From an uncultured Campylobacterales bacterium (lineage in GTDB: Bacteria > Campylobacterota > Campylobacteria > Campylobacterales > QNZT01), in contig CAZLLE010000011.1 of assembly GCA_964560425.1 (NCBI GenBank), forward strand, positions 17,626 to 81,625: DNA of 64,000 bases, given 5' to 3'. Below are positions 30,418 to 40,009 of the stretch, in pieces. The notes below the pieces were generated by a model. The model had not been told where the DNA came from. It worked only from the letters and a program-made list of their open reading frames with translations, and made no database searches. A program made the position numbers and the translations under genes. Each line of letters starts with the position of its first letter. Position 1 is the stretch's first letter.

Positions 30418-31014
30418 TTACCCTCCCCATGTACGAATTGGACCGACATCTACATGAACAAAATTTGACCTTGGATAATATCCAACACCACCTTTTCCAA
30501 GTCCAATAGCAATATCTCTAACTTTACGCAAAGAGACATTAGGAACAAATATATCTACTGCTTGTCCTTTGGTATGAAAACTATTTTTGGCAACACCACT
30601 ATGAGTTCGTCTCAACATACTATTAGTCCTAGGTGTTCTATAACCAGAGACAATATTAAACTGACTATCAACACCCAAATTTTGCTTAATCTCATATAGA
30701 AGATTTACAAGCTTCACATCTACCCTAGTAATCTCTCTTTGACGATAATCCGCAAAAGCCTTATTTATCTCAAAAAGACCACTTAACTTATAATAATTTC
30801 TCTCAAAAAATGGTGCATAAAAAGTTTTCCCAATATGAACATTGTATAACTTTAAAACCTTCTTCTCTCCTGCACTAGCCAAAAGTTCACTTTGACTCAT
30901 CATAGCAGCCCCTGCCAAAAATGTACTCTTTCTCAAAAAGCCTCTTCTTGAAATAGCCACACTCTTCGCATTAACAATAATATCTGTTTCCAAACTCAAA
31001 CCTTCTTCTCCCAA
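30418..31014 (-). CDS. DUF882/peptidase M15A-like protein with Tat signal (MepK/YcbK-like)
   Basis: Twin-arginine motif SRRGFLRKSTFLAGAAMM, plus SGYRTP..N, HTKGQAVD and FVHVD metal-site-like motifs. The true start is uncertain. Confidence 0.7.
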   Translation of the reverse strand: MGEEGLSLETDIIVNAKSVAISRRGFLRKSTFLAGAAMMSQSELLASAGEKKVLKLYNVHIGKTFYAPFFERNYYKLSGLFEINKAFADYRQREITRVDVKLVNLLYEIKQNLGVDSQFNIVSGYRTPRTNSMLRRTHSGVAKNSFHTKGQAVDIFVPNVSLRKVRDIAIGLGKGGVGYYPRSNFVHVDVGPIRTWGG

Positions 31015-31117
31015 TTCACTAAAAAAATTAATAAATTAAATTCCAAGTTTTATAAATAACAGTAAATTTTAGCGGAGAAAAGTAAACGAATCAATCAAAA
31101 AGTAAATAAATATTATA

Positions 31118-32827
31118 TTAGTTCAGTATTTTGTATTGTAAAGCATCATAACCATAAATATCGTTACGAAAAGAAACATTTCCATTCTCATCTGACCATG
31201 CAGTATAATAACGGATATAGACTGGTATTTTATCACTTAATGGAATTGATTTGTTTTCAGCACTCTTTTGAATCTTCTTTATATTGGCATAATCTAAATC
31301 CGTAAAATTATTAGATAAAAGCTCAAGAAGTTTTTGAGGCTGGGCCAAACGAATACAACCATGACTAAAAGCACGGATATTTCTCTTAAAATACTTTTTG
31401 CTTGGAGTATCATGCATATAAACGGCATGTCTATTTGGAAAAATAAATTTCACACTTCCAAGAGGATTTCCTTTCCCAGGTTCTCTTACAAAACTGTAAG
31501 GCAATTTACTATCTTCCGTATATGCATACCAATCAATATCAAAACTATCAATCTCTTTTCTATCTTTTGACCAATCACTATACATCTTAAATTTTCTTGT
31601 AGATAGATAATCTGGATCATCTTGAAGTTTTGTAAGCATCTCTTTTAGTACAATTGAGCTAGGAACTGTCCATGTAGGATTTACAACAAAATATGACATT
31701 TTAGATTGAAAAATAGGTGTTGGATTTTTTTTAGTACCAACTACAACACGCATTGATAATTCAGAATTTTCATTTCTTATAAAATTCATTCTAAAATCAG
31801 GGATATTAATAAGGATATAGTTATCACCAAAATTTTGACTCTCCCAACGACTCCGTTCAAGATTCAATTTAATCTGTCTTAATCTAACTTCAACAGGAAT
31901 ATTTAGAGCATTTCGTGTTGATCTATTTAAGACACCAGAAGGTCTTAACCCTACTCTTTTTTGAAAATTTTTAATCGCATCAGAGACTTCTGGAGTTACT
32001 TTAATCAAAAATGGATCATATTGCAATAGATCTCCAGTTTTATAAAGTCTCTCAGTCAAAATAGGAACTCTATTACCATCAACTACACCAAGTTTAAGTG
32101 TTTTTCCATCAGGTATTTTTTGCCAACCGCCACTAGCTTCAATAGCTTGATATTTAATATAGGCATTTTTAAGTTTTTGATAAATTTGATTATCAGGTTG
32201 AAGTGAATAGATAGCTTTTTTCATATCATTCATAGATACTGCTTTATCCAAAAATGAGATATAGTCCATCTTTTTTTTAGATGTTGTCCAAGTATAGTTA
32301 ACCTCTTCAGCTTCAGACTTGTTTTTAAGCATTCTATTAAATTTATAATAATCTAAAGAACCCTCTCTTACATCTTTTGATAGTGTAAAAAATAGATCTG
32401 TTAATAGAATATCCAATTTACCAATGGCTAGATTTTTATCTTTTTTTGTAAAAAGATTTCTATTTTTAATATCTGATAAAATTTCAGAAATTTCACTCTG
32501 ATGATAACTGCGACTATCCAAACCAATTTTATAAGCATCATCAATAGCATCAATCAAACCAAAAAGGTTACTATTAAGATCAAAATTACCAGTAATCCAA
32601 TATGTTTCATAATCACGCTTTTTATAAAACTCTTTTACAAGAGATGGCGAATAGAGGGAATCTACAGAGTACTTTCCGTAACTTTGTCCCGAGAGTATTC
32701 CTGCAAGATAGCTCTTTTTTAATACATTTGTAGACTGCATAGACTGAAAATCATTCAGCCAATTTTTACTAGCTTCAGCCCCAAGAACACCAACGCATAA
32801 AAAAATAAAAAAGAGTGTTTTTTTCAT
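31118..32827 (-). CDS. L,D-transpeptidase (YcbB/LdtD-like) with peptidoglycan-binding domain
   Basis: Signal peptide, a PG-binding-like FQKRVGLRPSGVL, and a YkuD catalytic region ending SHGCIRL. Adjacent to a ycbK-like gene as in E. coli. Confidence 0.8.
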   Translation of the reverse strand: MKKTLFFIFLCVGVLGAEASKNWLNDFQSMQSTNVLKKSYLAGILSGQSYGKYSVDSLYSPSLVKEFYKKRDYETYWITGNFDLNSNLFGLIDAIDDAYKIGLDSRSYHQSEISEILSDIKNRNLFTKKDKNLAIGKLDILLTDLFFTLSKDVREGSLDYYKFNRMLKNKSEAEEVNYTWTTSKKKMDYISFLDKAVSMNDMKKAIYSLQPDNQIYQKLKNAYIKYQAIEASGGWQKIPDGKTLKLGVVDGNRVPILTERLYKTGDLLQYDPFLIKVTPEVSDAIKNFQKRVGLRPSGVLNRSTRNALNIPVEVRLRQIKLNLERSRWESQNFGDNYILINIPDFRMNFIRNENSELSMRVVVGTKKNPTPIFQSKMSYFVVNPTWTVPSSIVLKEMLTKLQDDPDYLSTRKFKMYSDWSKDRKEIDSFDIDWYAYTEDSKLPYSFVREPGKGNPLGSVKFIFPNRHAVYMHDTPSKKYFKRNIRAFSHGCIRLAQPQKLLELLSNNFTDLDYANIKKIQKSAENKSIPLSDKIPVYIRYYTAWSDENGNVSFRNDIYGYDALQYKILN

Positions 32828-32977
32828 AGTTATCCTAATTAAAAAAAATAATGAATAGTATATATGGATTAAATTAAATTGTTAAAGTATATAATAATCT
32901 TTTTTGATATAAAAAAAGCTTAATTTTCACTATAAAAGTATAATATAAAAATATAAAAATATTTTAAGGATATCAGA

Positions 32978-33760
32978 ATGTTACTTGGAGTTAATATAGA
33001 CCACATAGCAGTACTAAGAGAAGCTAGAAAAATTAACGATCCTGATCCTCTAGATGCAATCTCTTTAGCCGCTAGAGCAGGTGCAAATCAGATCACTATT
33101 CATCTAAGAGAAGATCGAAGACATATCAATGATTATGATACAAAAAGAGTTATAGAGAACTCTCCCTTACCTGTAAATTTAGAGTGTTCAGTCAATCCAG
33201 ACATTATTGAAATAGTAGCCGAGCTTAAACCTCATCGTGCAACTTTCGTACCAGAAAAGAGAGAAGAGGTAACAACAGAAGGTGGAATAAGCTTTGATAA
33301 TGCAAATTATGCAAACTTAGATAAAGCTATACATTTTCTCAAAGCAAGAGAGATAGAGACTTCACTATTTATTGATCCTACAATAGAAGCAATTCGTGCG
33401 GCTAAAGGTTTGGGTGTGGAGTGGGTAGAACTGCATACTGGTCTATATGCCAATATTCATGCAATGTTATATACTAATCTAAGATATACACCTCACTCAA
33501 TAAAAGAGTTAGATTTGGAGAGAAGTAAACTTCAAAAAATGTTACAAAATAGTATTCAAACATTGAGCCAAACAGCAGATGAAGCAGAAGATTATGGGCT
33601 AAAAGTAGCCGCGGGACATGGATTAAACTACCAAAATGTAGAAGCTATTGCCAAAATAGATAACATTAGAGAACTAAATATTGGTCAGAGCATTATCGCA
33701 AGAAGTGTTTTTAGTGGATTTGAAAAAGCACTTATAGAGATGATTGCCCTAATAAAATGA
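32978..33760 (+). CDS. pdxJ: pyridoxine 5'-phosphate synthase
   Basis: LGVNIDHIAVLREAR, ITIHLREDRRHI and GHGLNYQNV motifs. Confidence 0.95.
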   Translation: MLLGVNIDHIAVLREARKINDPDPLDAISLAARAGANQITIHLREDRRHINDYDTKRVIENSPLPVNLECSVNPDIIEIVAELKPHRATFVPEKREEVTTEGGISFDNANYANLDKAIHFLKAREIETSLFIDPTIEAIRAAKGLGVEWVELHTGLYANIHAMLYTNLRYTPHSIKELDLERSKLQKMLQNSIQTLSQTADEAEDYGLKVAAGHGLNYQNVEAIAKIDNIRELNIGQSIIARSVFSGFEKALIEMIALIK

Positions 33761-34689
33761 AAATAGCAATAAGTGTTGGCGATCTCAATGGCATAGGTAT
33801 AGAGATTGCATTAAGAGCACATGAAGAGATTTCTAAACTTTGTACACCTATATATGTAATTGATCAAGAGATGTTAAAACAGGCAGTAAAAATTTTGAAT
33901 ATAGAGATACCTCCAAATTTTAATACTCTGCCATGTCATGATATATTTCAAATCACTCCATCTTTGGCAACTAAAGAGAGTGGAACATATAGCTATAACT
34001 CATTTCTTAGAGCCGTAGAGTTGGCAAAAGAGGGAAAAGTTAATGCCATCTCAACACTACCCATAAATAAAGAGGCATGGAATAAAGCAGAAATACTACA
34101 TAAAGGTCACACCGATACATTGACTGATATATTTAACCAAGAGGCAATCATGATGATTGGTTGCCAAAAACTTTTTGTAGCACTATTTACTCATCATATT
34201 CCACTTAAAGATGTAGCTTCACGCATAAAGGCAGAACCTCTTAAAAATTTTATGCTCAATCTATATAAAGAGATCAAAGAGGAGAAGATAGGAGTATTAG
34301 GATTAAACCCTCATGCAGGAGATAATGGTGTCATAGGAGATGAAGAGATAGAGATTCAAAAAGCTATAAAAGAGGCAAATAAAGAGATAGGAAAAGAGAT
34401 CTTCATAGGAACACTTGTACCTGACACAGCATTTACCCCCTCTATGAGAGAGGAGTTTCAATATTTTGTCTGTATGTATCATGACCAAGGACTTATAGCA
34501 GCCAAAGCCCTATATTTTGAAGAGGGGATAAATGTCTCTCTAAATCTTCCAATTATTCGTACCTCTGTAGATCATGGCACAGCTTATGATAAAGCATATA
34601 AAAATCAAAACCCATCTACCAAAAGCTATGTCAATTCGATAAAAGAGGCTATACGACTAATAACAAAGAGAGCCGATGCAGAGTCATAA
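33757..34689 (+). CDS. pdxA: 4-hydroxythreonine-4-phosphate dehydrogenase
   Basis: GDLNGIGIEI, GHTD, GLNPHAGDNG and IRTSVDHGTA motifs. 4-nt overlap with pdxJ. Confidence 0.9.
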   Translation: MKIAISVGDLNGIGIEIALRAHEEISKLCTPIYVIDQEMLKQAVKILNIEIPPNFNTLPCHDIFQITPSLATKESGTYSYNSFLRAVELAKEGKVNAISTLPINKEAWNKAEILHKGHTDTLTDIFNQEAIMMIGCQKLFVALFTHHIPLKDVASRIKAEPLKNFMLNLYKEIKEEKIGVLGLNPHAGDNGVIGDEEIEIQKAIKEANKEIGKEIFIGTLVPDTAFTPSMREEFQYFVCMYHDQGLIAAKALYFEEGINVSLNLPIIRTSVDHGTAYDKAYKNQNPSTKSYVNSIKEAIRLITKRADAES

Positions 34690-35437
34690 AGAGGATAAAA
34701 ATAGCCTAAATCCAGAACTAAATCCAAAATCAACAGATTTTAGTATGTTAGATTATCCTTGTGCATATATTCCGGGAAATAATGTAAGAATGAGCTATAA
34801 ATATATCAAAAAAGCATCTAAACAATTTAACTCCGAAGTGATAAAAAGAGGATGGAGAAGGTTTGGAAACTACTACTTTCACCCTATATGCAATGGATGC
34901 AATGAGTGTAAAAGTATCCGTATAAATGTAAATAATTTCAGACACTCTTCATCACAAAAGCGGACTATTAAAAGAAATATAGATACAAGAATAGTTGTCC
35001 AAAAACCGACACTAACACAATCACATGCTGATCTTTACAATAAATATCACCAATTCAAAAGCCAAAAAGATGGCTGGAAACATAAAGATATTTCAATTTC
35101 AGAGTACAATGAAAATTTTGTTTCAGGAGCCCATAATTTTGGAAAAGAGGTTTTATATATCAGAGATGATAAATTAGTAGGAGTAGATCTAATAGATATT
35201 TTGGACGATGGCATTAGCTCTATATACTTTTTTTATGACCCAAATTATCAAAAAATTTCACTCGGTACTTTTTCTCTTCTGTATCAAATCAAACTAGCCA
35301 AAATATTAGACCTAGAGTGGATATATCTAGGATATTGGGTAGATGGTTGCAAAGCATTTGCATATAAACCAAACTTCAAACCAAATGAGTTTTTAGATGG
35401 TTTTCCCCCACTTGATCAAAAACCAAAGTGGGAATAG
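34676..35437 (+). CDS. bpt: arginyl-tRNA-protein transferase family protein (bacterial Bpt-type aminoacyl transferase)
   Basis: CxYxP...RRxG...CxxCxxC N-domain pattern (CAYIPG, GWRRFGNYYFHPICNGCNEC) and a C-domain with SSIYFFYDP and YLGYW. Confidence 0.8.
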   Translation: MQSHKEDKNSLNPELNPKSTDFSMLDYPCAYIPGNNVRMSYKYIKKASKQFNSEVIKRGWRRFGNYYFHPICNGCNECKSIRINVNNFRHSSSQKRTIKRNIDTRIVVQKPTLTQSHADLYNKYHQFKSQKDGWKHKDISISEYNENFVSGAHNFGKEVLYIRDDKLVGVDLIDILDDGISSIYFFYDPNYQKISLGTFSLLYQIKLAKILDLEWIYLGYWVDGCKAFAYKPNFKPNEFLDGFPPLDQKPKWE

Positions 35438-35438
35438 A

Positions 35439-36260
35439 TCAAAGAATGATAGTTTTATGCGATGTTTTCAAGTTTGGATTGACCATCAAAGAGGTTGAAT
35501 AAACTCCACTTTCCACACATGAAGAGGAGATAACAGTTACAGATTGAGGAGCATCTTTCATACTATTTTTGGAAAAAATATGTGAATGAGTCTCATCTTC
35601 AATCTGATAAAATCTCTCATAAGATGCCGAGGTAGTAAGAGCTTCATCACAAATATCTACAAATAGTTTTTTCTTCTCTCTATCTTCAGGATCAACAATC
35701 CCAACTCTAAATTTTTCTCCATTTGGTTTTTTACCAATAGCATAGATATCTCCACCAAAATTGATAAGAGCCGATCTAATTTTATATTTTTTGATGATAG
35801 AAACAGCTCTATCCACTGCATACTCTTTGACAAAACCACCCAAATCAATCTTGGTATAGGAGTTATCAAAATTAATTTTATCTCTTTTGATTGTAAAATG
35901 TTCACACCCTACAAAAGGCAATAGTTTATCTTTTTGAGTTTGTAAATTTTTTTTTGATAATTTTTGAGTATATAGAGGTTTGAAAGTTGCTACTGTAATA
36001 TCAAATACTTTTTCTGTTTTTTTATAATATTGCTTGGCTCTTTGGAGTAGATTTTTACTCTCACTATCCAAAATAGAGACCTCTCTACTATTGAGTAGAG
36101 ATAAAAAAGAGTCATCTCTATAATAACTATATTTTTTCTCTAATCTCTTAGCCTCTTCAAGCACTAGCTTTGCTATAGCATCAACTTTTGGTTTGCTATT
36201 GTGATAAAGATGAAGCTCACATGGTGTACTCATAGCTTCAAATTTATATATATAGTGCAT
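35439..36260 (-). CDS. apbE: FAD:protein FMN transferase (ApbE family), no signal peptide
   Basis: FEAMSTPCEL, IDLGGFVKEYAVD, ALINFGGDIYAIG, FRVGIVDP, LTTSASYER and SVTVISSSC motifs. An in-frame stop lies two codons upstream of the ATG, so no leader is possible. Confidence 0.85.
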   Translation of the reverse strand: MHYIYKFEAMSTPCELHLYHNSKPKVDAIAKLVLEEAKRLEKKYSYYRDDSFLSLLNSREVSILDSESKNLLQRAKQYYKKTEKVFDITVATFKPLYTQKLSKKNLQTQKDKLLPFVGCEHFTIKRDKINFDNSYTKIDLGGFVKEYAVDRAVSIIKKYKIRSALINFGGDIYAIGKKPNGEKFRVGIVDPEDREKKKLFVDICDEALTTSASYERFYQIEDETHSHIFSKNSMKDAPQSVTVISSSCVESGVYSTSLMVNPNLKTSHKTIIL

Positions 36261-37450
36261 TAAAATTTATATTTTTGTCCAGCAATCATGAGCATTGCTG
36301 TTTTGCCATGCTCTTTATCATATAGAGCAAACATCAAATTTTGACTCAATTTTTTACTAAGATGCTGAGTAACCCCTAGAGAGATTGAAGCAGATCGCAC
36401 ATCTCCAATTCGCCAATCACTAGAAGCATACTTCTCATCTGTAAAATAATCTTTTTTTCCACTATAAAAATCTGCTTTGGATTGGGAGTGATAACGCAAA
36501 GAGCCATCAAAAGTCAATTTATCACTATATTTATAAAATATCTTACTCTCAACAGTATGAGCTGAGATATCCCAACTATCTCTATAATAACGGTAATTTC
36601 CATGCCATACAACATCTTCTCGCAATGCCTTTGCCAAAGATAATTTCACTCCATAACCATTTCTACTATCTGGTCTATTCTCATTTAAAATAATAGGATT
36701 AGTATAATAATCCCTCACTACATTCATATAAGGGTTACTCAATTCACCAGATTCAAAATTTCCAAACAGAGAGATTTTACCAATTGTATTTTTATCAATA
36801 TTTTGAGCATAAGTTATTTGTGTATCAAAAATCTTCTGATAAAAATTTTTACTTCCACCACTTTTGGTATCACAATGAGTATTATTAATACACCACATAT
36901 TTAGTTGAGCATATTGATATGAGGCTGAAAACTCCAAAGAGTTATTTTTATATTTATCCAAGTAGTGCAAATATGAAAATGAAACTTCAGGAATTCTAAA
37001 TTCATGCTCATTTGAAAAAGAGAATCCCATCGAAGCTTCATCTTTATCTACAAACTCTTTTGTAATAGTAACTCCCCCAATATAACGAAGATCACGATAA
37101 TCAACACTACCATGTCCTATATCCTCTTGTGCAAGATGAGAACCACGCCCATAAGCACTAGGAGAGTGTGTACCATGGCTATATGGTGATGCCTCAGTTA
37201 CAGAATCATAAGTTTTATCATAATATGTAGGCGATGCACCACTTACAATATCAGTAAGCAAATTTGCATTTAGTGTATATCCACCACCTATACCCATATT
37301 CAATTCAATAGAAGGAGCAACAACCGTCGCCTCCTCTTCTGTTTCACTATAGTGCATCACCTGAATATTAACATAATCCTCCGCACTTAAAGAAGATGAA
37401 TAAAGAGCAATGATTGCCAAAAGGGAGAGTTTTTTTATCGACATCCACAA
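36260..37450 (-). CDS. DUF3570-type predicted beta-barrel protein carrying a DIVSGAS flavinylation-type motif
   Basis: Signal peptide (LLAIIALYSSSLSA), beta-strand periodicity and a terminal KYKF. The stop overlaps the apbE start (TAATG). The family call is from recall of the DUF4266/DUF3570/ApbE gene neighbourhood. Confidence 0.6.
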   Translation of the reverse strand: MWMSIKKLSLLAIIALYSSSLSAEDYVNIQVMHYSETEEEATVVAPSIELNMGIGGGYTLNANLLTDIVSGASPTYYDKTYDSVTEASPYSHGTHSPSAYGRGSHLAQEDIGHGSVDYRDLRYIGGVTITKEFVDKDEASMGFSFSNEHEFRIPEVSFSYLHYLDKYKNNSLEFSASYQYAQLNMWCINNTHCDTKSGGSKNFYQKIFDTQITYAQNIDKNTIGKISLFGNFESGELSNPYMNVVRDYYTNPIILNENRPDSRNGYGVKLSLAKALREDVVWHGNYRYYRDSWDISAHTVESKIFYKYSDKLTFDGSLRYHSQSKADFYSGKKDYFTDEKYASSDWRIGDVRSASISLGVTQHLSKKLSQNLMFALYDKEHGKTAMLMIAGQKYKF

Positions 37451-37647
37451 CCCCCACCACCAGCTCTCTCTCCACCACGAACAGCCTCTTTGGAGATATA
37501 CATGTGATTGACAAAACCCATAGACAAAGAGTTTTCATTATCAAATTGCATAATACTTTTTGAAAGTTGCTCTTTCTCCCAAGGCTTAACATGCGAGGAA
37601 CAACCAATCAATACAAACAAAAGAGTAAAAACAGATAAAAACTTCAA
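37435..37647 (-). CDS. DUF4266-type small lipoprotein with C-terminal GGGGCGC tail
   Basis: Lipobox LLFVLIGC, 70 aa, C-terminus ...GGERAGGGGCGCR. 16-nt overlap with the next gene. Confidence 0.6.
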   Translation of the reverse strand: MKFLSVFTLLFVLIGCSSHVKPWEKEQLSKSIMQFDNENSLSMGFVNHMYISKEAVRGGERAGGGGCGCR

Positions 37648-37737
37648 AATATCTCCCTTAAAATAGAAAATGATTATATTTATATAAAACTTTAATGTTA
37701 ATTATAGGGATTTTTTTGTTTAGACTTTGCAAATCCA

Positions 37738-37749
37738 CCTTTTTATAAT
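37738..37749. repeat. left copy of the 12-bp direct repeat CCTTTTTATAAT flanking the R-M gene
   Basis: Exact 12-mer ending 1 nt before the R-M stop codon. The second copy is at 39786-39797. Confidence 0.6.
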
Positions 37750-37750
37750 A

Positions 37751-39772
37751 TTAAAATCTTAATTGAAGATTCAGTTTGAAATAATTTTTTGTTTTATCTT
37801 GAATGATAGTTCCAAATTTATGTCGGGAAGATGATGGAGTATCTAATCTAATATTTTCAAATAGATAATCTTTTAAACTTTCTATATCAATTACATGGAA
37901 TGTAACTAAATCACCACTCTCTTTTACGACTATTGTTCCATTGCTCTCATAAGAACCGTCCCATCTTTTACCTGCAAAAAAGCCTAATAAAATAGCTACA
38001 AGAAATTTTTTCAATTTATCAATCAACATTGATTTATCATCAATATCCAAATCATTTAGGATATCTGTTTTATCACACAGATAATCTATAATATTACTCA
38101 ATTTAGAAATTCTAGCATGATAGAAAGAGAGTAAAAGATAACCTACTATTTGAGGTAAAACACTATCTACCATTTTTAAATTATAATTCATAGTATCTTT
38201 TTCAGCTTTTAGATAGTGAAATTTACCACCATTTTTAATTATAGCTTCTATTCTATCTTTGATTTTAGTTTTAGTAGAGATTTTATTAATTTCAGAAACT
38301 TTGCTATTGTCTAAATCTTCAATTTCAAACATAAAATTACTATTTCCAGAAGCATTGAGTAGAGTTGGTTTACTACCTAAGTATGATTTTATACCAAACC
38401 CCTCATTTTCTCTAACAAATGTGCTATGCTCTATATCAAGAACAATATCTGCTTTTTGAGAACTATTACCACCTTTTATAGCACTAAACCCCAAGGCTGT
38501 TTGAATAATCTCAAAATCACCTATTTCAAAAGTCCCTTTTCCCTCTTTAATTCGATTTAAAATATTCGATATTGATTTATCAGTTATAATTTTACCTATA
38601 TCTATTTTATTTTCTATACCATTTTTTGTATTTACTGATTTAATTGTAAATTCACTCAAAGGAATAAACTCTAAATCTAAATTTTCAGTAGTTATTTTAT
38701 TGACTTTAAAATAATCTCCTGTTGGGTTTAGGTTCTTATCAGATAAGAGTAATTTTTGCTCTAATAATATTTTTACAAATGCGAATAGTTCTGTCCACTC
38801 TCCCTTATTTTTACTCTTTTTCACTATTTTGCCTTTTTTATCAAGATGATTCATATAAGATATAATATTTTTACCCACTTCTCTAACTGCATCAATAGCA
38901 ACACTATTACCTAATTGTTTCATAGCTTGAGTAGCACAAACAGGAAAATGAAAATTATCAGGAAAACCTTGCATTTTTTGTGCCTCTTTAAATGATAACT
39001 TTTTAACCTCCCCATCAACCAAATAAGAGTCCCAATTTCTTCTATCATTAATATTAGAACCCCTACCACCAACACGAAGTGTAAAACCTAACTCTCTACT
39101 ACATTTACCACCCCATACATCACTCATAGTAAATTTCAGAGGCTTTTTAGGTGGAAAAGTGAATCCTTGAAGTATATCTTCATCTCTAAAACCAACCATA
39201 AATGTTCTTGGTCTTAGTTGTGGCAATCCATAATCGGAAGCTTTAATGATTTGATAGTAAAATGAGTAACCTAACTCCTCTGTAAGTATATATTGTATTG
39301 TTTTAAAGGTATTGCCATTGTCATGATTAACTAATCCCCTAACATTCTCTAAAAAAAATGCTTTTGGTTGTTTCACTCTTATTATTTCAGCTATATCAAA
39401 AAATAGGTTTCCTCTTTCAGATTTATGATTATCTTCAAAACCATATTTTTTACCTACTTGACTAAATGGCTGACAAGGAAATCCAGCACATAATAGATCA
39501 AAATCAGGAATTTCTTCAGGCATAATGGTTTTTATATCTTCATGAAAGAGTCCATTTTCAAATAGATTGGGAGAATACTTTTTAAAATTATATTCATAAG
39601 TTTTTCTAGCATTTTTATCAATTTCAGAAGCAAATAGACACTCTCCCCCTAATTCATGCATTGCCTGATGAAAGCCACCAATTCCAGCAAATAGATCTAT
39701 AAAAGTAAAATTTACATTAGAAATATTGTCACCAATTAAATCAAATGATTTTTTTGAAACCTGTTTTGTCAT
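37751..39772 (-). CDS. fused DNA (cytosine-5) methyltransferase / HpaII-family-like restriction endonuclease
   Basis: The N-terminal half has C5-MTase motifs FIDLFAGIGGF (I), GFPCQPFS (IV), ENV (VI), QLRPR (VIII) and QLGNSVA (X). The roughly 340-aa C-terminal half begins KNKGEWTELFAFVKILLEQ, which resembles HpaII-type endonucleases from memory. Confidence 0.6.
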   Translation of the reverse strand: MTKQVSKKSFDLIGDNISNVNFTFIDLFAGIGGFHQAMHELGGECLFASEIDKNARKTYEYNFKKYSPNLFENGLFHEDIKTIMPEEIPDFDLLCAGFPCQPFSQVGKKYGFEDNHKSERGNLFFDIAEIIRVKQPKAFFLENVRGLVNHDNGNTFKTIQYILTEELGYSFYYQIIKASDYGLPQLRPRTFMVGFRDEDILQGFTFPPKKPLKFTMSDVWGGKCSRELGFTLRVGGRGSNINDRRNWDSYLVDGEVKKLSFKEAQKMQGFPDNFHFPVCATQAMKQLGNSVAIDAVREVGKNIISYMNHLDKKGKIVKKSKNKGEWTELFAFVKILLEQKLLLSDKNLNPTGDYFKVNKITTENLDLEFIPLSEFTIKSVNTKNGIENKIDIGKIITDKSISNILNRIKEGKGTFEIGDFEIIQTALGFSAIKGGNSSQKADIVLDIEHSTFVRENEGFGIKSYLGSKPTLLNASGNSNFMFEIEDLDNSKVSEINKISTKTKIKDRIEAIIKNGGKFHYLKAEKDTMNYNLKMVDSVLPQIVGYLLLSFYHARISKLSNIIDYLCDKTDILNDLDIDDKSMLIDKLKKFLVAILLGFFAGKRWDGSYESNGTIVVKESGDLVTFHVIDIESLKDYLFENIRLDTPSSSRHKFGTIIQDKTKNYFKLNLQLRF

Positions 39773-39785
39773 AGTATTCTTTAAT

Positions 39786-39797
39786 CCTTTTTATAAT
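39786..39797. repeat. right copy of the 12-bp direct repeat CCTTTTTATAAT
   Basis: Exact 12-mer 13 nt upstream of the R-M start codon. Confidence 0.6.
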
Positions 39798-40009
39798 TCT
39801 ATCCAAAGTATTTAAGAAACCTATTTAATGGACTAAACTAAGTACTAAGGCAAAAATAAGCTTTATCAATATAAAAGATATATTATATTTAAAATATTTT
39901 TTACTAAAACAAATTAATAAATATTTTTAATTTTTTATTAATTAATAAGCTCCTTATATCTAATTTTTCGATAGAATTCTCCCCTATTTTTTAACATAAG
40001 GAAATATCA

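Noticed and set aside
37368-37607. 79-aa ORF overlapping the DUF4266 and DUF3570 genes in another frame
   Set aside because: The two annotated frames carry a lipobox and signal peptide and show coupled overlaps. The alternative frame has no such features.
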